The position numbers were made by a program, and so were the translations under genes. A stretch of DNA of 62,857 bases, counting the filler, from Thraustochytrium aureum (Eukaryota): NCBI GenBank assembly GCA_012862495.1. It is 6 parts of 5 records of this genome, joined end to end, with 100 filler letters (N's around TTAATTAATTAA, not from the genome) between each part and the next. Parts side by side here need not be neighbours in the genome. Positions count along the whole stretch, not along the records: positions 1 to 21,810 come from BLSG01000394.1; 5 more parts are not named here. One strand, given 5' to 3'. This document shows, in pieces, positions 1 through 12,293 of the stretch (position 1 is the stretch's first letter; each line of letters opens with the position of its first letter). The notes below the pieces were generated by a model. That model saw nothing but the letters and a program-made list of their open reading frames with translations. It did not search any database and was not told the DNA's origin.

Positions 1-263
1 CTTGGCCGGCTTGCGCCTCGGCCTCGAGCCGCTTCGCCTTGCACAGCGCAGCTTTGGCGCCTTCGAGGTCGCCTTCGCGCTTGCGGGCCAGTGCGAGTTT
101 TTTCAGCGCGTGCGGGGTCGTCGAGGTCGTCGGCGTTGAGACCTTGCAGCTCGAGCTGCCGCGCCTCGCCCAAGCAGCGCTTTGCTTGGTCGAGGTCGCC
201 ATCGCGCTTGAACGCCAGCGCTTGGCGCTTGAGCTCGAGCACGCGATCGGCGCGCTCTGCCAT
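1..263 (-). CDS. DM14-repeat protein (CC2D1/Lgd-like), 5' part; runs off the window
   Basis: Manual translation from ATG at 263 gives MAERADRVLELKRQALAFKRDGDLDQAKRCLGEARQLE. After a 1-nt shift at GGGG 114-117 it reads ALKKLALARKREGDLEGAKAALCKAKRLE. These are two copies of the DM14 pattern (AL..KR.GD...AK..L...K.LE). Not in the ORF track. Confidence 0.7.
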   Translation of the reverse strand, partial: MAERADRVLELKRQALAFKRDGDLDQAKRCLGEARQLELQGLNADDLDDPARAEKTRTGPQARRRPRRRQSCAVQGEAARGRGASRP

Positions 264-569
264 CGCCGCGAGCGCTGGATGCGCCGAGAAATCTCCTTGG
301 TGGTCTGGTTCAGCACGGGAAAGATCGCACGTTCTTGCTTGCTTGATTTCTTGACTTGTTTCTTGACTGATTTCTGTTCTGAAAAAGAGTCAAGAAAAAG
401 AATGCCCAACGTACTGGCGCGAACGCGACTGAAAGTAGGGTTGCGCATGTGGGTTAGGGCGCGCAGATTGTCCGAGGGAGACGCCGGCGTTTCTCCGCAG
501 GAGGGGAGAGATACCCCGCCTCAGCCCAGCGACTGGATCTCTCTCTGCCAGCACAGAGCTCCACGCAAG

Positions 570-712
570 CACGCAGGCACGCAGGCACGCAGACAGGCAG
601 GCAGGCAGGCAGGCACGCAGGCAGGCACGCAGGCACGCAGGCAGCACAGGCAGCACCAGAGGCACCAGAGGCACCAGCAGCACCAGAGGCACCAGCAGCA
701 CCAGCAGGCACC
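570..712. repeat. Compound microsatellite (GCAG/GCAC units, then CACCAG(C/A)-type 9-mers) between divergent genes
   Basis: Directly visible low-complexity tandem units. Confidence 0.85.
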
Positions 713-885
713 ACTCGCGCGGGAGGCCCGGCCCGGCGGCGCGCAAAGCGACAGGTGGCAGCGGACCAGCAGGACGGTCGCGGACGGCCGGTGAGGGGGG
801 TTGTGAGCAGAGGGCAAGAGGGAGCGGCGCAGCGAGCAGGAGGGTGAGTTTCGCGCAAAAGCAAGAACAGAGGCAAGGGGGGGAA

Positions 886-3800
886 ATGAAGAGCTCGGAC
901 GAAGCAGCGGCGCCAGCCGCAACGGCGCCAAAGAAAATGAGCTTCTCGCCCGGCTGGGCGCGGACCTCGTCCGTAGGCCTGGTGCGGTCCACGAGCCTCT
1001 CGCAGGGCTCTGGGATATCGAAACCGACGTCTNNNNNNNNNNNNNNNNNNNNNNNNNNNNNNNNNNNNNNNNNNNNNNNNNNNNNNNNNNNNNNNNNNNN
1101 NNNNNNNNNNNNNNNNNNNNNNNNNNNNNNNNNNNNNNNNNNNNNNNNNNNNNNNNNNNNNNNNNNNNNNNNNNNNNNNNNNNNNNNNNNNNNNNNNNNN
1201 NNNNNNNNNNNNNNNNNNNNNNNNNNNNNNNNNNNNNNNNNNNNNNNNNNNNNNNNNNNNNNNNNNNNNNNNNNNNNNNNNNNNNNNNNNNNNNNNNNNN
1301 NNNNNNNNNNNNNNNNNNNNNNNNNNNNNNNNNNNNNNNNNNNNNNNNNNNNNNNNNNNNNNNNNNNNNNNNNNNNNNNNNNNNNNNNNNNNNNNNNNNN
1401 NNNNNNNNNNNNNNNNNNNNNNNNNNNNNNNNNNNNNNNNGTGCGCGGCCGCCGCTCGGACAACATGATCGATCCCGGCAACGCGGCCGATCAACAGCGT
1501 AGCTCTCGCCCCTTTCCCCAAAGTGGCGGCGGGTCGAGCTGGCGGAACGGTGGACCCGGCGGCCGCCCCCGAGCAAAGATGTGCAAGGTGGGCCGGGCCG
1601 ATTCGGCGGGATCATGCGTGGGGACAAGGAGCGATGGGCCGGGTCGCGCGATCCTGGCGAGCGAACGGCCCCGCCTGCCGCAGGCGGGCGATGGAGCAAC
1701 CTCCCGACCACCGCGGACCGTCGCGACAATCGGGACCGCACTGATCGCGTCGGCGCGGATCGAGCCGGCGCAGAGAACGGGGCGAGCCGATGGGACCGCC
1801 TTGGACGCAGCCCCTCGGACCGCAACTCTGCCAGTGGGTACGGGCGCAGCAGCCAGTCTTCTGGCGACCCGTCCCGCGACTCGATGGACCAGAGCCGCTG
1901 GCGTCGCGGCGGCCTTCCGGGCGGGATCGCACGCGATGGCGGCAGTCACCTCGTGGATGACCGCGGCACGTTTTCCGACGCTGCGCTCGAGCCTGGTGAT
2001 ATGGGGATGGACAGCATGGCTGCTGATGCGCAAAAGTTCCACATGGAGATGGAGGCTGCCCGGCGCAGAATGCAGGACGGAGCTGCGTCGCCGGATCTCC
2101 CCCCCGCGCAGCCGCCGTCGCATATTCTCGGGATGATGGCTGGCGTCGACGATGACAGCATTCTGAACGAGCCGCTTGAGGCAGGTCTGGACCAACCGCC
2201 GCCCCGAGGAGGTCGTCCCCGCTGATCAGGCGCTCGACGCAGCTCACCAAGTGGACCGTTTGGGCCGTGAGCAGACTGGGCGCCCGGGGCAGCAGCAGCC
2301 AGACTCTGGTAGCTCTTGGAGCGCGTCTTTGAACCCTTGGGTTGCCGCAGCAGAGCAGGCCCCTCAGCCTGCCCCTGTTCAGCAAGGAGGCTGGGTCGTC
2401 CCTCCAGCTGGCGCCGCCGGCATATCCGCCGCGATACCGGGCCAGAGCCAGCTCGCCCCGCAGCAGTCGGCAGTGCCGGTCCCGCAAGCCCCTCCGATGG
2501 CCCCTCCGTCCCTGCACCAACCGATCGGAATGCTTCCTGGGGCTGGCATCCCAGGCATTGTTGGGGGCCAGCTGCCGCCCGACGAGTGGTTTTATCAAGA
2601 TCCGCAAGGCAACGTGCAAGGCCCGTTCAAATCGGAAGAGATGCGCGAATGGCTCGAGCACGGCTACTTTAACATGGAGCTCTTGGTGCGTCGCGGCCAT
2701 TCCGAATCGTTTCAAGCGCTGGGCCAGCGCTTCCCAGACCCCCGCAAGGCCTTCTCTCTTGAGGCCGAGCGAGAGCGCCACGTCATGCTTATGCAACGAA
2801 GCATGATGCTCCAGCAGCAGCAACAACAACCGCTGCCAATGCAAGCCGGCCCCTTGGGCGCTGTATCTCAACCTGGCCAACCCGGGTTTTGGCCTGGATC
2901 GCACAGCAACGTCATGATCGATATGGACGCTCAGCAGCAGCGAATGCTACTCCAGCAGCAACAGCAGCAGAGGCTGCTCCAAGAAGAAGAGGACCGCGTC
3001 AAACGCGCCGAGGAAGCCGCGCGCGCCAAACGCGAGCAGGAGGAGCTGCAAATGCGGCAGCNNNNNNNNNNNNNNNNNNNNNNNNNNNNNNNNNNNNNNN
3101 NNNNNNNNNNNNNNNNNNNNNNNNNNNNNNNNNNNNNNNNNNNNNNNNNNNNNNNNNNNNNNNNNNNNNNNNNNNNNNNNNNNNNNNNNNNNNNNNNNNN
3201 NNNNNNNNNNNNNNNNNNNNNNNNNNNNNNNNNNNNNNNNNNNNNNNNNNNNNNNNNNNNNNNNNNNNNNNNNNNNNNNNNNNNNNNNNNNNNNNNNNNN
3301 NNNNNNNNNNNNNNNNNNNNNNNNNNNNNNNNNNNNNNNNNNNNNNNNNNNNNNNNNNNNNNNNNNNNNNNNNNNNNNNNNNNNNNNNNNNNNNNNNNNN
3401 NNNNNNNNNNNNNNNNNNNNNNNNNNNNNNNNNNNNNNNNNNNNNNNNNNNNNNNNNNNNNNNNNNNNNNNNNNNNNNNNNNNNNNNNNNNNNNNNNNNN
3501 NNNNNNNNNNNNNNNNNNNNNNNNNNNNNNNNNNNNNNNNNNNNNNNNNNNNNNNNNNNNNNNNNNNNNNNNNNNNNNNNNNNNNNNNNNNNNNNNNNNN
3601 NNNNNNNNNNNNNNNNNNNNNNNNNNNNNNNNNNNNNNNNNNNNNNNNNNNNNNNNNNNNNNNNNNNNNNNNNNNNNNNNNNNNNNNNNNNNNNNNNNNN
3701 NNNNNNNNNNNNNNNNNNNNNNNNNNNNNNNNNNNNNNNNNNNNNNNNNNNNNNNNNNNNNNNNNNNNNNNNNNNNNNNNNNNNNNNNNNNNNNNNNNNN

Positions 3801-4509
3801 NCAACAGCAGCAGCAGCAGCCGGCCTGGGGCGGATCTTCCCCGGCGCCAGTCTCGGCCGGGAACAAGTCTCTGAAACAGATTCAAGAGGAGGAGGCGCGC
3901 CGCCTGCAAGCGCAGCAGCAAGCGCAGCAGCAGCAGGCCCAGGCCCAGCTGCAGAGCCAGCAGCAAGCGAAAAAGAAGGCGGCCCAACAAGCCGGTGGGT
4001 GGGCGTCCAAGGCCGCTCCTTCGCGCGCTGAGGGCTGGGAGACTGAGCCGCCTCAGGCCAAGCCTGCCGCGCCTGGCCCGGGCTGGACGCAGCCCAGCAA
4101 GACTCAGCGCGGAGCCGATCTGGCCTTGTCGCCCAGCGCGGAGCAGCTCCGCCAGCTGCACGCGCACCACAATGCCAGGACGGGCAGAACGGACTCTGGG
4201 CTCTTTACGGAAGACAATTTTGGCGGCAAGCAAATGACAGCCGACATGAGGCGCTGGTGCGAGGGCCAAGTGCAGCGTCTGGGGGCGACCATGACGCTCG
4301 TCGAGTTTTGCTTCACGCTGGAGGACGCGTCAGACATTCGCGAGTATCTCCGCGACTATTTGGGCTCCACACCGCAGGTTTCTGCGTTTGCGAGCGAGTT
4401 TATTCAGCGAAAGAAGGGGCGAAAGCCGAACGACGACGGCGCGGATTCAGCTGGTTTTGTGCCGGCCGCAACCAAGAAGGGCAAGAAGAAGAAGAAGCCC
4501 GTGCAGTAG
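886..4509 (+). CDS. GYF-domain protein (GIGYF/Smy2-like translational repression adaptor); two gaps and two apparent indels
   Basis: GYF motif WFYQDPQGNVQGPFKSEEMREWLEHGYFNMELLVRR, Q-rich coiled coil, KSLKQIQEEE, and GIGYF-type C-terminus (DIREYLRDYLGSTPQVSAFASEFIQRK...KKGKKKK). Joins ORFs 844, 1581 and 2176 via shifts at C-runs 1566-1570 and 2202-2205. Confidence 0.85.
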
Positions 4510-5821
4510 ACAAGCGATCGTGCCACGGCGTGTCTCCTCTGCATTTCGCGTTGCGGAGGACGTCCTCTTTCTTTCCTCTCTGCAGCTCCAAGTCTATTGA
4601 ACCCCAACTAATTTGGGGGCGGTCGCGGGTGCAGGGCAGGGTCCTTCGGAACACCACCCGCCTTCGTTGTCCTTTCTTGTCGACCTGGACGAGACTCAGT
4701 TCACTGACCGTGACTACTGCGCAAACAAACATAAAGCAAAGCTGCTGGGTGCTTTATTTACTCGATCGATTACGAGCTGATTACTTTACACGGCAACTTG
4801 CATTGCAGGCTGCGAACGGACGGACGGTCCGGACCGGACCGGTCTGGTCTGGTCCACGCATGCGCTGGCTGGCGAAGAATGAGTGATGAAGAAGTAGGTA
4901 GAATGGAAACGCCCTTTTTTCGCAGGGTTGTTTGTTTTGCCTTCGAAAAATGAACGATCTCGAAGAAAAATGAGTAAAGTTCGTTTTCTCGTTTTCCACA
5001 TCAGCACCGACACGGACGTCTCGCTGCACAACGGAGGCGGCTCCCTGCTGAAGAGGATCCAGGCCAGCCCCATGAGGGCTTGGAGAAGCCAAATGCAGAG
5101 GCGCCTAGTTGACGCAGCCGGAGGGCAGCTTGCAATTTCAAGCGCGGGCCGAGACAAACTGCCACATTCGAATTGCAAACCACCATGCCAATAATTCATG
5201 GTTTCGATCTGATGTGCGCGAAGCCAATAATAATAGCGAGTGGAGTCTGTCGGCGAAGAAAAACAGCAACTGATGCCGTTTGCCAAGCGTTGGTGCATGC
5301 GTAGTCTTTTCTTTGCGGTCTTCAAGGCCAGTCGGTGTGAAGCCGTTCGGGCGTCGCACCGTTGCAGCAGGGCCGCCTCTCGACGCCGCAACAAGCGCCG
5401 CTGTTGCCGAACGAAAAGAACAATCAAGCCTTCGTTCGCTTCCTGGGAAAGGCACTCGCGAAGCGACACCTCCGAGTCACACAACGCCGACGGAGGCAGT
5501 CGCAGGCACCTGAGCAGGCGACCGGCGAGGGAGGAGAGAGAAGGAGGCAGGCAGGCAGGCAAGGCGGGCGGGCAGGGCGGGCAGGCGCCGCGCAGCACAG
5601 CAGCAGCACCGCGCTGCGCGAAGGAACGACGACGAGTGAGCACCTAGGTCCTGGCGGAGCGCTTTGTTTCATTTGTGGCGACAACACGGGTGCGCTTGCG
5701 GAGTAGCGGCCGAGGGAAAGCTGCGTTCCGCGGTGAGTGAGCTCCGAGCGGACGGACGGACTGCTCTGCCTCTATCTACTCCACTTGAGCTGCGCCCAGA
5801 CGCGGCGATCAGCGGGCAAGG

Positions 5822-6640
5822 ATGTCGACTGCAGCGCGGCGGCGCCTGATGCGGGATTTCCGCAGGCTCCAGAGCGACCCTCCGGCGGGTATCTCAGGCG
5901 CCCCACTCGACAACAACATCAGTACGTTTTTTAAAGTTTGCGTTGGCATGGGCGCGGCGCCGCGTGCATGAGGGCCCTCGTTTGTGAGCTTTGTTAAGCG
6001 GGGTAGGGACGGGTGGGCCGGGCCGCCTCGCTGTTGGTTTGTGTGCGCTCGCTCGCTAACCTGGCGCTCCTGTTGCTATTGTTGCTCTTTCCCTGGTGCA
6101 GTGATGTGGCAAGCCGTGATATTCGGCCCTGAGGACACTCCCTGGGAAGGCGGCACTTTTCAGCTCGTGCTGGAGTTTAGCGAGGAGTACCCGAACAAGC
6201 CGCCGAAGGTGCGCTTCGTGACGAAAATGTTCCACCCGAATGTCTACGCGGACGGGGGCAGTAAGTTCGGCCTGGCTGCGCACTCGGCCGCGTTCGTTGC
6301 GTCCCAGCGCGCGGCGCGAGCTGAGGCAATTTCGCTAACATCTGATTGTGCCAACTGTGGCGCGAATGTGAACTCCGCCCGTGTGCAGTTTGCCTCGACA
6401 TCCTCCAGAACCAGTGGAGTCCCATCTATGACATCTCTGCTATCCTCACCAGCATTCAGTCTTTGCTGTGCGACCCCAACCCCAATTCGCCGGCCAACTC
6501 GGAAGCGGCGGGGCTTTTTCAGTCCAACAAGCGTGAGTATGACCGCCGCGTCCGTGACATCGTTGAGCAGTCCTGGGTCGAAGGAGGGGACATGGATGAC
6601 GAGGAGGACGACGACGAGGAGGAGGACGAGGACGACGACG

Positions 6641-6671
<31 letters not shown>

Positions 6672-6786
6672 GGAAGTCGGCGGAGGCAACGACGAGGAGG
6701 AAGGCGGAGGAGGCGAAGCTAGCGGCGGGGCTGGCGGTGTGGCCGAAGGAAACGAGGATGCGATGATGGCAGACGCGTCGACCTGA
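5822..6786 (+). CDS. RAD6: Ubiquitin-conjugating enzyme E2, RAD6/UBC2, with long acidic tail; exons 5822-5921, 6102-6260, 6389-6786
   Basis: Spliced translation [53 protein letters not shown]...[26 protein letters not shown]. Introns are GTACGT..GCTAAC..CAG (5922-6101) and GTAAGT..GCTAAC..CAG (6261-6388). Confidence 0.95.
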
Positions 6787-7429
6787 CTCTTGTGAGCCAA
6801 CGGAAACCGCTTTGCGCAACTTGGTCTTTGTTGCTCGCTCGCTTGCTTGGACCTGCTGAGTCCAAGTTGTTGGCAGCGTTCTGGGTGTATTTTGCCGCCG
6901 TGCCGCATCTTGGCTTGGTTCCCTGCCGGTGAGGGTGTAGGCGTGGCTGGCTTGATGTGTGTGGGCGTTGTGCGCCCAACACCTCAAAGCCAAGCCGAGG
7001 AGGAGAACGGGAGATCCCAACCGCTGTCTACGACACACACATACACATACAAAACAAAAAAAGAGTTCTTCCTTGTCTCCCCAGAATGACGAGCAGGATG
7101 GTTGGTGCCTTGCAGAATAGCCCCTTTCATGACGGCTCGCTTGTTTGGCTGTGATTGGCTGTGAAACAAAAGCATGCGGCGCGCTTCGAACGCCGCCCCC
7201 GGTGAGCGCATCGGGATGGGAAAACGCACGCGGTGGATACAGCGGCGGCTCGGGAACCTTGCGAAGCAACATATATGCATTCACGCAGCATTCGGGATCC
7301 GTGCCAACGCTATGGAACAGTTTAGCGAGTTGGTTCGGAGAAACGCCACGCCATGCCTTGCTGTCGCTTCGGAGCGCACGCGCCACACCCTCACCCGCTC
7401 GCGGCAAATCGACCGGAATGCAAAATCCG

Positions 7430-8365
7430 CTAAGTTTCGTCGCTTGGTCCTTGATCGTCGCTAGCCGCCCAACGATTGAGCGAGTTTCGGATGACCATTA
7501 GCACATGTGTAGCCTCTGCCTCTCTGGCTTGGCCTCCGCCCTCCTCTGGAGCTCCCCCTTCAGCCACAGTCGCTTGGCCACCGCTCGTTTCAACGGCTGA
7601 AGGGTCAATGCCGAGCTCGGCGGCAGCGTCGTCGTAGGCGGTCCGTGCGATCTCGCGCGCGCGGTCTTGGTCAAGACGAATCTCCTGGTGGAAAATTGCC
7701 AAGTTGAGGATAAGGCTGAGCCGGAGCGGATGCGTCGGGGCCAGATCGCTCTGGGCCTCTTCAAATGCGGCCTCGTAAAACGCTTCCGCGCGAGCCACCA
7801 GGGCCTCGCGCTCGAGCACGTCCCGCTGTGAAGGCATTGAGAGGGGCACTTCGCAGAGGTAGCGAGCGTGATCAGCTGCGAGCTTGTTGAAAAAGACGCG
7901 GCTCTCGGCGCACGATGCCATAGGCAAGAGGATTTCCCCAATGACGGCTAAGACTTGGTCGCAGGTCTCCCGCAGTTGCGCCGTCTTCGCGTCGCGGTAC
8001 TCTTGCAAAAGAGCGATTTGGGTCATTGGCGAGCTGGCCCCAGCAGCGTCCGCCTGGGCGTGTAGCGTACGGACCGTGTTTCGGAGCGGGTTTACCACTA
8101 GCTTGAGCGACTTTGCCAACAAACTCCTGTCTGCGGCTTTAAACTCGATGTCTGGGCAGCTCTCGTACAGCTTGTTGGCGGCTTCGGTCAGGAAGCGGAC
8201 AGCGTCCTCCGGGCGGCCCACTTGGCCGGCCACGTGGGCGGTAGCGATCAGCTCGAGCCCAGAGTTCGTCGCATTCTCGGCGTGGGACTCGGCGCTGCGG
8301 TGGGCCGCGCCAAAGCCGCCGTTCGTGTTGCTCGCATTTTGGTATGCCATCGGCACTGACGTCAT
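7430..8365 (-). CDS. Divergent 14-3-3 family protein
   Basis: DRSLLAKSLKLVVNPLR, ESRVFFNKLAADHARYLCE, LAPTHPLRLSLILNLAIFHQEI and VLMVIRNSLNRW align with the 14-3-3 helices. Start is ATG 8365 or 8350. Confidence 0.9.
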   Translation of the reverse strand: MTSVPMAYQNASNTNGGFGAAHRSAESHAENATNSGLELIATAHVAGQVGRPEDAVRFLTEAANKLYESCPDIEFKAADRSLLAKSLKLVVNPLRNTVRTLHAQADAAGASSPMTQIALLQEYRDAKTAQLRETCDQVLAVIGEILLPMASCAESRVFFNKLAADHARYLCEVPLSMPSQRDVLEREALVARAEAFYEAAFEEAQSDLAPTHPLRLSLILNLAIFHQEIRLDQDRAREIARTAYDDAAAELGIDPSAVETSGGQATVAEGGAPEEGGGQAREAEATHVLMVIRNSLNRWAASDDQGPSDET

Positions 8366-9262
8366 CCCTACGTTGATCAACCTCACCTGGGGCGCCCGTG
8401 CCGCTTGACGACTGGAGCCCCCGCCTAGCTTTCGAGGCTGCTGCGACGCCCCGCTGCTGTGGCTCGACGCGCTGGCTCTGCGACCAAACGTCCGCTACAC
8501 CGAGCTCCGGAGCACCAGCGTCTGTCCACTACAAGCTGGCCAGCATCCTCTGTTGGTGTGTTGAACTGGGGTTGGCGGGCAGGGCAAGGGCGGCTTTTGC
8601 GCGTGAGCGCCGCCCACAGACGGCCGTCCGGCGCCGCTCTCCTCGCGTCGCGAGTCCCCAAGGCTGTGCGCAGCGTCGCTGCTCCTGCTGGTGGCTGGCC
8701 GCTGTTTGTTTGGCCCCGGCAGCAGTGCAGGGTGGACTGCTCGCTCGCTTGCTGTTGGCGCCCTGCGAATGAATCAAACGAATCGGGCGAAGATTCGACC
8801 CTCTATCGGCTCCGCAGTCTCTACGAGGCTCGCTTTGTTCGCTGTAGTAGGTACTAGTAGGTACTAGGAATCGAGATAGTGAGTACTCTTGAGACGAGTC
8901 CGGCCACCGTGCAACCAAGTGCAACTCACAAATGTTGCGCACGCGATCGCAGCTGGCAGGAGCTTCTGCGTGTGCACGGCGGCGCCTTGGAGGAACCTCG
9001 TTGCCGCAAGCCGTGGACGGTGCCTGCATTTCGGAAGCGGCCTTGCGCGAGCCGCTGCTCTCCGAAACGGCGCGCGCGCTTCCCAGCAAATGAGCACAAC
9101 TGCACAACTAGTAAAATAAAAACGCCGTGGATGGATGCCAGCCACCCAACGTGAGAACTAACAAACACGAGCCACAGACCCGAAACACACGCAAGCTGCA
9201 TCGCAATATTTGTGCAGCTCAAGGTGCAGAACAGCGCCCGCGGACAAGCGCCACGTCTCAGG

Positions 9263-10173
9263 ATGAGCCCTACCGGTCCCGCCATTCTGGAGCACGGCCT
9301 CTTCATCGAGCTACCTGGGACACCGCCAACATCGCCGTTTTCATCCACTCGGTTGCGGCCTTGGCCATTTTCCTCGTGTCCGAGCTCTTCTCCATCCATG
9401 TTCCGTACAGCAAGTTCGCCCTGCCTGAGCAGCGGGAGCGCCTCGGGCGCCTCTCGCGGTTCTTTGCCGCACAGATCCCCGCCCGTATCGGGTTTTTCAC
9501 GCTCTACTTTTGCCCGCTCGTGAGCTACGCAAGCCTGTTCGCATACTTTTCGACAACCAACTTGAAAGAGACGGGACAAATCGCGCCTTCGCCAGGCTAC
9601 TCGGCCGTGCTCGCGGCGGCTTGGTGCCTTGCGTTCTTCAAGCGCTGTGCTGAGGTCTGCTTCGTGCACATCTACACCGGCACGATCCCCTTGCTGTCAA
9701 CCGCGCTGATTTCATACGGTTACACCACACTTGGCCTAGCTGCCCTCTGGTTCAGCAACCAAGTCGCGGGCTATGACCTCGGCTCGGGTTCGCCAACGCT
9801 CGCCAAGGATATTGTGGCCTTGGTTCTCGCCGTGGTCGGGATCAGTGGCAACTTGTACGCGCACCTCAAGCTGCGATGGGTCCGTCAGAGGTCAACGACG
9901 AGGGGCGAGACGAGATACTTTGGGCCGTCGGAGATTGGATTTCCGTTTTCGGACACGTTTCCGTGCCCGCACTACTTGTTCGAGATGGTATTCTTCTTGG
10001 CGTTTGGCCTATTTGGGGCAACGGCTGTGCACTATTCAGTTACGGTCTTTGTCATCGCCTATCTTGGAATGCGAACGAGTGCGACTCGTGCATGGTACAA
10101 GGAGAAGGGCCTGCTTGGTGGCGGATCGCTGTCCAAGGTACAAGATCAGGTCCAGATTCACGACGATATCTGA
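9263..10173 (+). CDS. Steroid 5-alpha-reductase/DET2/enoyl-reductase family membrane protein
   Basis: Multi-TM; PYSKFA, FKRCAEVCFVHIY, GNLYAHLKL, CPHYLFE. The long ORF has no upstream ATG; ATG 9263 (MSPTGPAILEHGLFIELP) joins it via a 1-nt shift at about 9315. Confidence 0.85.
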
Positions 10174-10539
10174 GGCGTGGCGTAGGCGGGAGAAAGCCCT
10201 CACTTTGACGGCGCAAAGCCCAGTTGTCCGCATCTCACAGCACAGTTTACAGCGGGTTTTTTGAGAAAGCGTGCAGTGCTCTTTTGGCAACGGCGCCACG
10301 AGGTTCTCTCGGGTAGCTAGTCCAGCTTGTAGAGCATTGCAATGAACAGTCCGGTTCCCACTTGTTCCCGTAGTACCCCGCCCATTGTGACACCAACCAG
10401 AGGGCTCTACACGTAGACTAGCTAGCTAGAGTTTTCAGCAGCGCCATATCGTCCAACGCGCCTTCTGTCTCATTTAGCGTAGCGTAGTAACACCCCAACC
10501 ACAAGGAGGCCCTTAATTAAAAAGAAAACGTTGGCCTAT

Positions 10540-12293
10540 CTAGTTTGCATACACTTTCCCTCCACGCGCAGCGTCCGCATAGACGCCGTGCGTTTGGAGC
10601 GGCATGTCCAGTGGAAGACCCACAATCGCCAAGACCCTCAAGGAGGCCGCTTCCAGCACATACAACCGCGAGCTGGCTAGCGACTCGTGTGTGGCGATGA
10701 CCAAAATGACGCCGTCGTCCTCCTCTGAGCCCTCCGGACGAGGCACAAATCGGGGCTCTCCAGAAACAAATCCTTTTGGCGCACGCCACAGGCGAACGTG
10801 GTCACCCGTCGCGACTTGGCCAAGGTCGAACCTCGCAACTTGGTTCGTCCAAAGCGTCTTGCCGTGCCCAACCGCGGCCCAGACGTAGCGATGTCGCCGC
10901 ATCTTCCAGCGAGGGTTTATGACCGGCAATTCAAAAGGATAGTCGAAAATGTCCGTGCAAACACATCCGCCAGCGAGGTCAGGTTCCGCACCAAACGCGC
11001 TCCTGGAGCTTGGGCGCGTCCCGCTCTGTGCGGCAAAATCAACCCACGACTCAAACAGCGTCGTCCCCCCCAGCTGCTCGCCTTTATCAGCTCCACTGGG
11101 CTGCGGCTCCCCCTTGGCTGGAGATAAAATACAGCGCTTGTAGAGATACGGAATGGTCGATGCGTCCGCGATGGGGACTCCAGAGCGGCGGCGCGACGCT
11201 GGCTTGTACCCACGGGTGAAGATGTCGTTGGTCCTGGCATTCAAAAGTCCGGTGTTCGAAGCCACGCTGTCAACCACAACGCGCCCGTCGCTCAGCTCAA
11301 AACTGTTGACCACATGAAAGCTGCTGTATGCCTGGTTGCAGACGAGCGTGTTCAAATCGCCCGTATTCCGGTTCACAGCAAACATCTGCACTGGCTGGCC
11401 TGGGTCAAACCGAAGAAAGTTCGACACGAAGCTCGGGTCCCACGGCACCGTCGCCCGCTCACTCATCACGCGAAAGATAACGTGGTTCCTTGAAAGCGCG
11501 ACACTGTGCGTTATCCACGGCAGCGGAGCCCAGACGCGGGCCAGCTCTGTGCGACGAACGTCGAGTCTCCCACTCCTCTCCTCAAATGTTTCTTCTGCAA
11601 GCACATACTCTGCGATTGGCAGCATGCTTACTGGGTCAAAGCTCACCCGCGTCGGACCGGCATAATTGAATACTTGCCCAGTCTCCTGATCCACGGCCGC
11701 ATGTGCTGCGCCGATGGGGCCCACGTCGTCCGTGGCATGAAGGCTCCTGGTGGCAAGCGTCTCCATGTCGACAGTCTGGTGGAAGGCGCTGTCTGAAGTC
11801 GTGACTAGCGACGCGTTTGGGCCCACGAAGAGGCCGATGTTGGCATTGTCAAACTGCCAACCGCGCCACGTGGCTGCCGCAGTCGACGACCAGGACCGCG
11901 TCGTCGGCCCAAACGTGATCGAGTCATAGACGCCATCTCGCTCCAAGCGCGTCAGCGTCTCGCTACGGACAAGCTGGTTTTGACGGAGACCTGGCCGCTC
12001 TCAAATCGAAACGCGGCTATTCCAGCAAGGCCGTCGAAGAAGTGAGTCGTTTCCAGCCCTTTGGCGCCGAGTGCGTCTAGATCGTGAGCACTAGGCCCAT
12101 TGATGAACAGTGTGCCATTGATCCAGTCAGGAATCCTGCCGGCTCGAATATCGCCTGGCTCGGAGACCTCCCGCAGGTTCATTTGAAGCGCTCGCCCCGG
12201 CGTCGTAGCAGCCACGGACAACACGAGGACCACAAGTGCAGAGGCGGGCAAGCCGCGGGCTGCGGCCCCGTGCCGTCTTGCGCGGCTTGCCAT
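10540..12293 (-). CDS. Carotenoid cleavage oxygenase (RPE65/BCO/CCD family) with N-terminal hydrophobic signal
   Basis: GRIPDWINGTLFINGP, HFFDGLA, four Fe-ligand His (AAHAAVD, ITHSVAL, FHVVNSFE, QTHGVY), FELPVINP, EPRFVPRPEGSEEDDG. The two ORFs join at T-run 11978-11981 (VKNQLVRSETL). Confidence 0.92.

Noticed and set aside
4786..5647. ORFs between the GYF gene and RAD6
   Set aside because: No motifs and non-host-like composition; probably UTR or intergenic. No RNA gene recognised.
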